Shown piece after piece: positions 56,956 to 64,000 of a stretch of 64,000 nt of DNA. Positions within the stretch are counted from its first letter, which is position 1, and each line of letters opens with the position of its first letter. Origin of the DNA: Pseudomonadota bacterium (GTDB lineage Bacteria; Bdellovibrionota; Bdellovibrionia; Bdellovibrionales; Bdellovibrionaceae); the NCBI GenBank assembly GCA_041178425.1, contig JBEGVH010000029.1, positions 32,001 through 96,000 of the forward strand. The letters are read 5' to 3'. The notes under the pieces are model-generated. The model saw nothing but the letters and a program-made list of their open reading frames with translations. It was not told where the DNA came from and made no database searches. The position numbers and the translations under genes are program-made.

Positions 56956-57642
56956 TTACTTTTTAGCTTCGTTTTTGATTCCCATCAATTCAACGTCGAA
57001 AACGAGAACTGAATTTGGCGGAATGCCAGGACGAGGTGAAGCGCCGTAACCTAGCTCAGGTGGCACATACAATTTAAACTTTGAACCAACTTTCATAAGT
57101 TTCAAAGCTTCTGTCCAACCAGGAATAACACCAGTCACTGGAAAGTCGGCTGGTTGGTTACGATCGTAGCTTGAATCAAACTTTTGACCGTTAACTAATT
57201 TACCCTCGTAATGAGCTGTAACAACATCTTTATCAGACGGAGTTGCGCCCGAGCCTTCTTTGAGAACTTGGTATTGAAGACCAGAAGCTGTCGTCTTAAT
57301 GCCAGACTCCGCTTTGTTCTTTTCTAGGAAAGCTTGACCCTCTTTCTTGTTCTTTTCAGCCACTTCGGCTTGTTTTTTAACAGCCATTTCTTGAAGCTTC
57401 ATAAGAGCCTGTTGAATCTCTTCTGGCTTTAACTTTAAATCTTTACCAGAGAGAGCATCGCTCAATCCCGCTGCCAAAGCAGTGCTATCGATGTCGATAT
57501 TTTGCTGCTTCATGTTGTTTCCAATTTGGGTTCCGATCCCATAACTGGCCTTTTGCACATCGTTATCTAGCTTCGCTTTTTTCTCGCAAGCAACCGTACC
57601 TAAAACAGCTGCTAACAAAAGTCCCCAAATCAAACGGTTCAT
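56956..57642 (-). CDS. fkpA: FKBP-type peptidyl-prolyl isomerase (FkpA/Mip), lipoprotein
   Basis: SYGIG dimerisation domain, SGLQY, HYEG, FDSSY, VIPGWTEAL, IPPNS.L.FDVEL. Confidence 0.93.
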   Translation of the reverse strand: MNRLIWGLLLAAVLGTVACEKKAKLDNDVQKASYGIGTQIGNNMKQQNIDIDSTALAAGLSDALSGKDLKLKPEEIQQALMKLQEMAVKKQAEVAEKNKKEGQAFLEKNKAESGIKTTASGLQYQVLKEGSGATPSDKDVVTAHYEGKLVNGQKFDSSYDRNQPADFPVTGVIPGWTEALKLMKVGSKFKLYVPPELGYGASPRPGIPPNSVLVFDVELMGIKNEAKK

Positions 57643-57797
57643 GATCTCTCCCTTGTTGTTAAAATAATTAGGGTTTCTGTTCAAAAGTAATTCAATCAGA
57701 GTGCTAAATTAATCTCAAGCAGGATTCAATTCTTATAAAAAATGGCGCGGGATGCCGAAATTTCATAAATCAGGCCTGCGCCACTCTGCATGGCAGA

Positions 57798-58034
57798 TTA
57801 TACCTCTGTGGATTCCTTTTTTTTCTCGGTGGCAGCCGCTTGGTAGGATTCGCCATCAGTACGAGTTGAGCTTTGAAGCTTTTCTTTGTCGTCTTCAGTG
57901 GGCCCACTCAAGCCTTTCTTAAAACCCCGAATAGCTTCACCAACAGATTTTCCAAGGCTCGGCAATCGGCTCGGACCAAAAAACAACAATGCAACAACGA
58001 GAATCAATATGATTTCTGGAACACCAAGGTTCAT
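57798..58034 (-). CDS. tatA: twin-arginine translocase TatA/E
   Basis: EIILILVVALLFFGPSRLP.LG..VG.AIRGFKK. Confidence 0.95.
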   Translation of the reverse strand: MNLGVPEIILILVVALLFFGPSRLPSLGKSVGEAIRGFKKGLSGPTEDDKEKLQSSTRTDGESYQAAATEKKKESTEV

Positions 58035-58167
58035 TTAACCACTCCTTATAATAGGGTCGTCTCATTTCAACACAAAGACCGACTTTCAAATTCAACCTTA
58101 TTGCGGTTCTAACGAATTCCTCGAAAGTTGGCTATTTATATTTTATTCTAATAAAAAGGCGGGGGAT

Positions 58168-58626
58168 ATGAATCGCTTGCTAATTTTATGGACTCTTTTA
58201 GTTTCTTTGTCTCCCCTTTGGGCCGCTCAGGGGAACTTCTCAACAAAAAACCCAGAAAAAGTTGAGACCGAGGAATCTTCCGACGAAGCACCAACTAAAA
58301 CCTTTACCGATCAAATCAAGAGTGTTCGGGTGTATGGCGACGATTATGATGTCTTTTTCATGGAAAATGGAGGCCCGTACGAGGTTCCCTACTCTTTCCC
58401 TCAGTCAAAAAGTTCCGTTCTTCCCGAGGAATTGATCAATGAGGCTTACAAGAATGGCAGCACACTCACCGTGACTGTTGATAATAAGACCGACACCCTC
58501 ATTTCGATCTCTTCACAGTCCGAGAGAAACCCTGCCTCCGAAGGATCCCCGAAACATAATCCCCTCCCGAAGGAACTCGAAGCCTATAAGGATATCATCC
58601 AAAACGCCCTCTCACCAAAAAAATGA
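58168..58626 (+). CDS. secreted hypothetical protein
   Basis: Signal peptide; small beta domain; RNPAS motif. Confidence 0.7.
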   Translation: MNRLLILWTLLVSLSPLWAAQGNFSTKNPEKVETEESSDEAPTKTFTDQIKSVRVYGDDYDVFFMENGGPYEVPYSFPQSKSSVLPEELINEAYKNGSTLTVTVDNKTDTLISISSQSERNPASEGSPKHNPLPKELEAYKDIIQNALSPKK

Positions 58627-58664
58627 CTTTTTGAGAGGATCTCTTTTCCCACCGCTGATGGGGT

Positions 58665-60749
58665 ATGATATACCATAGGCTAATGACTCAAGAGATCTCT
58701 CGTTCGCGACTTTTTTTATTTTGGTTCAAAGGATATTTGAGTGTCTTAGGTGCATCTCTAGCAGGAATGACAATCGTCAGACTTCTTTGGTTTGTTGCCT
58801 ACAACAAAGGAGACGAACTCTCTCATTACTCTGGAGACCTTCTTAAGGCCCTTTGGCTTGGTCTTCGTTTTGACCTCTCAGCCCTCTGTCACCTAACGAC
58901 AATTTCTTTAATTCTCTGGTTGCCATGGTTAATCTTAGGCCCGAACCGTTGGTCGTCAAAAATGTTAGGGCTCCAAAAAAACCTCTGGGCTTTTCTCTTA
59001 GTGATTTTATCTTTGATCTTAATCGCTGATTTCGCCTTTTATGGTTTTTTTCAAGACCACTTGAATGTTCTCATTTTTGGATTCATTCAAGATGACACCC
59101 AGGCTCTCATCAGAACATTTTGGAAGAACTATCCCGTCATCGAAGGGGCTGTGATAATTGCCTTGTTTTACTGGGCCTGCCAACGGTGGCTTAAAAAACT
59201 TTGGCTAGGGCCTCAAGAAGATTTTCAACCACAACTCAAATTTCCGGCCCTGGCTATTGCTGTGATTTATTTTTTAATCGGTCTCGGAGCAAGAGGCTCC
59301 ACCGGACTTTTTCCTCTAGAAATCATGCACACGGCGATTTCGAGTCAGTCGTTCATTAATGCCTTGAGCTTCAATGGCCCCCACGCTCTCGTGAGGGCTA
59401 TCCAGCTTTATGATCAACAACATCAGCGTTGGAACGAAAATCTTCTGCAATTGGGATACGAACAAGATCCTCAACGCGCTATTATTGACTTTAGTCAAAA
59501 ACCCATAAAAGAAAATTCAGACCCTTTTGGACTTCTTATTACTAGGACATCAAAAAAAGATTTAAACCATAAACCACTCCCCCATGTCGTGGTAGTTCTT
59601 ATGGAGTCTTGGGGCTCCGATTGGATGAAACTAAACTCCCCCACTTTTAATGTTCTTGGAGCTTTTGCAAAACATAAAAAAGAAGATCTGTTTACTCCCT
59701 CTTTGATGCCCTCGAACGTGGCAACGATTGGAAGCCTCGGCAGCTTGCTCGTTGATTTGCCGCACCGATTTTACAGCCCCTTTCTCACTGAGAGCACCTA
59801 CCTAAATGTGGAATTCTCCACGGCGCCCGCAAGAATTTTTCAGGCGCAAAAGTATCAAACTCACTTTATTTATGGCGGAAACTCTGGCTGGAGAAGTATC
59901 GACCAGTTTATCCCTCGCCAAGGCTATGGTCGTTTGCATGCTGAGGCCGACATCAAAGCAAAGTTCTCAGAGGTTAGTGAAGACGACCTCCTTCACGATT
60001 GGGGAGTGTACGACGAATACGTTTTTAAATACGCCCAAGATCTTTTGTTGAAATCGACGAGTCCTCAGTTTATTTTTATTTTAACCACGAGCAATCATCC
60101 TCCTTACACGACGCCTCCGTCCTATAAAAAATTACCCCTGGAGTTTACCCCCGCCATTGAAAGCAAACTCATCGGAGACGTTCAACTTGGAAAAGAAAGG
60201 CTCATGGCCTTTCAGTACGCGAATCAACAACTCGGGCTATTTCTCGACGATGTTAAAAAAGGTCCGCTTGCCAACCGCACCTTAATTGCCGCCACGGGCG
60301 ACCATAGTTTTTATATTCGGTCTTATGAAAATCTCGAAATTTTCGAAAAATGGGCTGTTCCGCTTTACCTAAAAATTCCTCCCTCTCATCAAATGGAACC
60401 TAAACCGATTTTGTCGATAGGAAGCCACATCGATATCTTTCCTACTCTTTACAATTTGATTTTTTCTGAGCTGGATTACACGAGTCTCGGTCAGGATTTA
60501 TTGAACCCCAATCAAAAGACGTGGAGTTTTCATACGCCGTCCCTGAGCGCCTTCAGTGAAAACATCGGTATCATCGTGAGTCCAAAGGGAGAAATAGTAA
60601 ACCCTCTTTGCAGAACCCCTGATTTTAAAATTGAAAATTGCCCCAAGAACGATCTCCATGAGCTAGCTCGCAAACGGCTCCTTTCGCTTATTGGAACGGC
60701 CGATCTCCTCTTTGAACGAGACCGAAAGAAAGGACTCTCTCCAAAATGA
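58665..60749 (+). CDS. LTA-synthase / phosphoglycerol-transferase family sulfatase-fold membrane protein
   Basis: GLRFDL, five TMs, VVVLMES, WGVYD, T.SNHPPY, TGDH, SHIDIFPT. Confidence 0.9.
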   Translation: MIYHRLMTQEISRSRLFLFWFKGYLSVLGASLAGMTIVRLLWFVAYNKGDELSHYSGDLLKALWLGLRFDLSALCHLTTISLILWLPWLILGPNRWSSKMLGLQKNLWAFLLVILSLILIADFAFYGFFQDHLNVLIFGFIQDDTQALIRTFWKNYPVIEGAVIIALFYWACQRWLKKLWLGPQEDFQPQLKFPALAIAVIYFLIGLGARGSTGLFPLEIMHTAISSQSFINALSFNGPHALVRAIQLYDQQHQRWNENLLQLGYEQDPQRAIIDFSQKPIKENSDPFGLLITRTSKKDLNHKPLPHVVVVLMESWGSDWMKLNSPTFNVLGAFAKHKKEDLFTPSLMPSNVATIGSLGSLLVDLPHRFYSPFLTESTYLNVEFSTAPARIFQAQKYQTHFIYGGNSGWRSIDQFIPRQGYGRLHAEADIKAKFSEVSEDDLLHDWGVYDEYVFKYAQDLLLKSTSPQFIFILTTSNHPPYTTPPSYKKLPLEFTPAIESKLIGDVQLGKERLMAFQYANQQLGLFLDDVKKGPLANRTLIAATGDHSFYIRSYENLEIFEKWAVPLYLKIPPSHQMEPKPILSIGSHIDIFPTLYNLIFSELDYTSLGQDLLNPNQKTWSFHTPSLSAFSENIGIIVSPKGEIVNPLCRTPDFKIENCPKNDLHELARKRLLSLIGTADLLFERDRKKGLSPK

Positions 60750-61756
60750 ATTCAAACGAATCAAATATGAACATTTGGGGCTGGAAAGATTTTTTTGCCC
60801 AACAAGTCACAACAGAATCTCCCGATCAAATTGCCCGCGTCATCAAAGAACAACGAGATCATCTTTTGTTGATCGATGGGACGGGACGAATGATTGGCGG
60901 TATTATATCTGGAAACTGGAAAAAACGCCGCGATGACTTTGAAAATCCAAGCGTAGGAGATTGGGTGATTGTCGACGATAAAACGAATGATCGTGATGGC
61001 ATTTCGTTCTACCGTATCAAGCAAAGGCTCAATCGATTTTCGCAAATCCTTAGGAAAGCTGCGGGCCCTAGTGAAAAATCTCAACTTTTAGCAGCCAATG
61101 TTGACGTTGCCTTTTTAGTTCAGTCGAGCAATCAAGATCTTGATGTGCGCCGGCTCGAACGCTACCTTTCTCTTTTAGGCGACGGTGAAATTAAGCCGAT
61201 TATTGTTCTTACTAAGTGCGATCTACCCAACACTGAGAAAAGCGAAAAAGAACTCTCTGAGAGATTCCCAGCGATTCCCTTACTGATGACTCGTTCGGAT
61301 CAACCCAACAGCATAAAGCTTTTAGAGCAATACCTTGGTCTTGGAATCACTAGCGTTTTTCTTGGTTCATCGGGGGTCGGCAAATCGACGCTCACCAATC
61401 TACTCTTGGAAGCTGAGGCTCAACTCGTGCAGGACATACGGAAGAATGACTCGAAGGGACGCCACACAACCACGGGCCGATCAATGTTTCTTCTTGAGAG
61501 CCAGCGCGGGCTAGTCATCGACACCCCAGGACTGCGTGAAGTGAAGCTCCCTCAAAACGAGAGCAATGTTGAAGAGGCGTTTTCTGAAATTCTAGAGCTT
61601 TCACTCAAATGCCGTTTCGCCAATTGCCTCCACAAAACAGAACCCCAGTGCGCTGTTAAAGAGGCAGTCAAACAAGGACTTCTCTCTCAAGATAAACTCA
61701 CTCATTACCAAAAACTCAAAGAAGAAACAAAAAAGAACCTCTATTCAAAAAAATAA
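60746..61756 (+). CDS. rsgA: ribosome small subunit-dependent GTPase A
   Basis: VGDWV, AANVD, TKCD, GSSGVGKSTL.N, GRHTTT, DTPG, CRF..C.H..EP.C. Confidence 0.95.
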   Translation: MNSNESNMNIWGWKDFFAQQVTTESPDQIARVIKEQRDHLLLIDGTGRMIGGIISGNWKKRRDDFENPSVGDWVIVDDKTNDRDGISFYRIKQRLNRFSQILRKAAGPSEKSQLLAANVDVAFLVQSSNQDLDVRRLERYLSLLGDGEIKPIIVLTKCDLPNTEKSEKELSERFPAIPLLMTRSDQPNSIKLLEQYLGLGITSVFLGSSGVGKSTLTNLLLEAEAQLVQDIRKNDSKGRHTTTGRSMFLLESQRGLVIDTPGLREVKLPQNESNVEEAFSEILELSLKCRFANCLHKTEPQCAVKEAVKQGLLSQDKLTHYQKLKEETKKNLYSKK

Positions 61757-61799
61757 AAGGCTTGTTGTTTAGTGTAAAAAAAAAGGCTAGCCTATAAGT

Positions 61800-62537
61800 G
61801 TGAGCAATACTGATTTTTTTAAACATTTTTTGTTTTTTAGCGAAACGCGCGAGATCTCTGATCTGATACTTCCGATGGCCGAGCGAGCGTCTTTAACACC
61901 TATTATGGCCGCCTCAATAGAAGACTTTTGGGCACAGTGGACCGAAGCCAAGGCCTTTATTAATATTTTGGCCACCGATAATCTAAAGCTTTTTTTGGAG
62001 TCTCAACAAAATCAGTACCAGGCAAACCTTGCTCCTCTTTGGTTAATCACTGCTCAAAAGACTACGTCTACAAATACTGCCTGGCCATTGTTCGTCGACG
62101 AAGTCCTCTTTAAACCCATCGACGAATCAACGTTTGACGTGGCAAAATCTTTTTGGTCTCCATCGACCCAAATTTTTGCGCAAACCGCCCTCGATCAATT
62201 AGCCAAAATGAGCACCCCTGATCTCGTCATCAAGATTTTGGGCTCTTTTAATGCAAGCTTAGATCAAGCGCTGATTCAGATTTTACACCACCTCAACGAA
62301 AGAAACCTAAAAGACTTATCAACCACCTGCCACTCATTAAAAGCATCGGCCAAACTCGTGGGCGCTCAAGCGCTCTATAACTTATGTCAATGGGTTGAAA
62401 TTAAAGAAAGAACTCAATCTCCCATCACGGAAAAGTTTGCCAATCAAAGCCGACAAATTCTGATCAAGTCTCAAAAATATTTTGAAATCCTAAACACAAT
62501 TCCCATTGAAAAGTTATTAACTAAAAATCCTCACTGA
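61800..62537 (+). CDS. Hpt-domain protein with degenerate receiver-like N-terminus
   Basis: CHSLKASAKLVGA Hpt motif; upstream DEVLFKPID resembles a REC C-terminus. Confidence 0.75.
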   Translation: MSNTDFFKHFLFFSETREISDLILPMAERASLTPIMAASIEDFWAQWTEAKAFINILATDNLKLFLESQQNQYQANLAPLWLITAQKTTSTNTAWPLFVDEVLFKPIDESTFDVAKSFWSPSTQIFAQTALDQLAKMSTPDLVIKILGSFNASLDQALIQILHHLNERNLKDLSTTCHSLKASAKLVGAQALYNLCQWVEIKERTQSPITEKFANQSRQILIKSQKYFEILNTIPIEKLLTKNPH

Positions 62538-62837
62538 ATCGCACCCCCAATTACCTCACTATGTAGGCTCCCCAAGCGCTTGGATCGACCTCTTCGAACT
62601 ATGTTTTTTTTTCACAAGTCAGCAAAACTTGTCGATACACTAAATCATTTTCGGTTCAAGACGCGGCGTATGTGGACAGGGCCGCAAATTTTTTTCTAAA
62701 GTTTAATGGTTTCTTAATAAATTCTAGATTGTGGAGAAAATCTAGGTAATTAAAGGGCTTAGATTCTAAGCCCGAGTGCCTTCAGCACAAAGGATTTGTG
62801 TTGTAACTAGTCGTGTTTTGCCTTCAAGGAGGACTTT

Positions 62838-63377
62838 GTGATTATCAGAAATTTAATTAACCTTATTAAACATAATCGTGGAACGATCGTAGTGGTTGGT
62901 TTTTGCGCGATAACAGCCTGTGGACCTGCACCTGAACTTTTAGCCAATGAACAAGTTCTCAACGGAGAAACGATCGCAGACGAAAACACCCAACCTCAGC
63001 AGCCGCCCGAAGAGACAACTCAAAGCAAAAAAGAGTATCAGGCTAAGGCCACGGCCTATTATCCAAGTAACGACGGCGTCGAAGGAGGATTTAAAGACCG
63101 CAAGGGCAATAATCTCCATCCACTTCAAAAGTTTCTCGCTGGCGAAGCACCCTACGTGTCCGTCGCCATGGACACTCACGCGTTTCCGTACGGAACAAAG
63201 CTGAGAATTCCAGAATTTGAAAAGCACTATGGCAAACCGATTGAATTTCGCGTTGTTGATACAGGCGGGGCCTTCAAAGGGAAAGGCACTTCAAGAATTG
63301 ATATTTGCGTAGAGTCTAAGAAAGACATCTACCATCCACTTGTTAACGGAACGCTCACACTGATACCAGCCCGATAA
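62838..63377 (+). CDS. 3D-domain (MltA-like) lipoprotein
   Basis: Lipobox ITA-C; ATAYYP, VAMD, YGT, VVDTGGAFKG, RIDI. Confidence 0.85.
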   Translation: MIIRNLINLIKHNRGTIVVVGFCAITACGPAPELLANEQVLNGETIADENTQPQQPPEETTQSKKEYQAKATAYYPSNDGVEGGFKDRKGNNLHPLQKFLAGEAPYVSVAMDTHAFPYGTKLRIPEFEKHYGKPIEFRVVDTGGAFKGKGTSRIDICVESKKDIYHPLVNGTLTLIPAR

Positions 63378-63410
63378 ATAGGACCCACTGCCGGCATGGC
63401 TAGTTCCATG

Positions 63411-63854
63411 TTATCTTAATTGTTTAAATTGATCGAGAATCTCGAGAATTTTTTCGGATTCAATAGGGTCTTCACGCAATAAATCAGTCGCTAAAATAAA
63501 TTTTTCTTTTCGCGATTTCACTCGAGCGATTGAGATCCACATCGGAATACTAAAAAAAAAGCCCATCCAACTAAATAAACAGGCAATAAAACCCATGATT
63601 AGATACTGTTGTTGGCCAGAAACACTCTCCCTAAATTCAAAGTCCACAATCGAATCGTTTTCAATGGACCAACGTTTACCGACCCTAGAGAGTTGCTCAT
63701 TGATTTTTTGATATCTCTTATTTTGGCGATTCAGAAACCAAATTGAAAAAAATAACCAGCTTAAAAAAGTAATGGGCACACCAAAAAATAAAATAACTAC
63801 ATCACTAAATAAAGCCGACGCCAAAACACTTTCCCCTTCTAGCTGTAAGATCAA
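63411..63854 (-). CDS. hypothetical membrane protein
   Basis: Two hydrophobic segments; start uncertain. Confidence 0.6.
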   Translation of the reverse strand: MILQLEGESVLASALFSDVVILFFGVPITFLSWLFFSIWFLNRQNKRYQKINEQLSRVGKRWSIENDSIVDFEFRESVSGQQQYLIMGFIACLFSWMGFFFSIPMWISIARVKSRKEKFILATDLLREDPIESEKILEILDQFKQLR

Positions 63855-63884
63855 AAAAAATATAATTTATTTTGATCCGACCTT

Positions 63885-64000
63885 TTACCAACAAGAGATT
63901 AATTTAGATCGTAAGAGCTCTGGCGGATCTTCCTTCCAATAACTTAAAATATAGCCACCGCCGCCCGAGCCCGTTGGTTTAACCGCCAAAGCTCCGGCGT
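63885..64000 (-). CDS. GHMP kinase (mevalonate kinase-like), C-terminal fragment cut by window edge
   Basis: Manual translation: AGALAVKPTGSGGGGYILSYWKEDPPELLRSKLISCW* (GHMP motif III). Confidence 0.8.
   Translation of the reverse strand, partial: AGALAVKPTGSGGGGYILSYWKEDPPELLRSKLISCW

Noticed and set aside
210..63227. Numerous 60-130 aa ORFs nested in or antisense to the called genes
   Set aside because: They overlap well-supported genes and show no motifs, so they are treated as shadow ORFs.
1..64000. CRISPR or other regularly spaced repeat arrays, rRNA, prophage, integrase
   Set aside because: Reading by eye found no repeat-spacer periodicity and no cas, phage structural or recombinase motifs. 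A short degenerate array could have been missed.

Overview
A gene-dense chromosomal segment from a Gram-negative bacterium, most likely a predatory Bdellovibrionota. The assignment is an inference from an FQNC-type lipobox, R-x-P-A-S linkers, an AgmX/PglI-type protein, a mevalonate-type GHMP kinase, several L,D-transpeptidases and many orphan secreted proteins. Most of the window is housekeeping or envelope genes: ggt, secG, a GMP reductase/IMPDH-family gene, ctaA, greA, lysA-mpaA-dapD, lolC/E, mlaDFE, yebC, pdxH, fkpA, tatA and rsgA. There are three tRNA genes (Leu-TAA, Glu-TTC, Lys-TTT). Accessory islets sit at the 3' ends of tRNA-Leu and tRNA-Glu and carry decayed or intact toxin-antitoxin-like pairs, pseudogenes and an ISL3 remnant. 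The most unusual signals are: (1) a perfect 36-bp inverted repeat enclosing a 91-nt GC-rich, self-structured loop at 11636-11798, matching no RNA family I recognise; (2) three tandem Glu5-less, Cys-rich pilin-like genes, the last ending in a phage-fibre-like Gly-rich domain; (3) an adjacent secreted, truncated pseudokinase-like protein; (4) a tandem-duplicated class II cytochrome c; (5) an MlaF with all three ATPase motifs altered; (6) a recurring intergenic TCA-N3-TGA palindrome. I saw no CRISPR array, rRNA, integrase or reverse transcriptase. All calls come from motif recognition by eye; no database searches were run.
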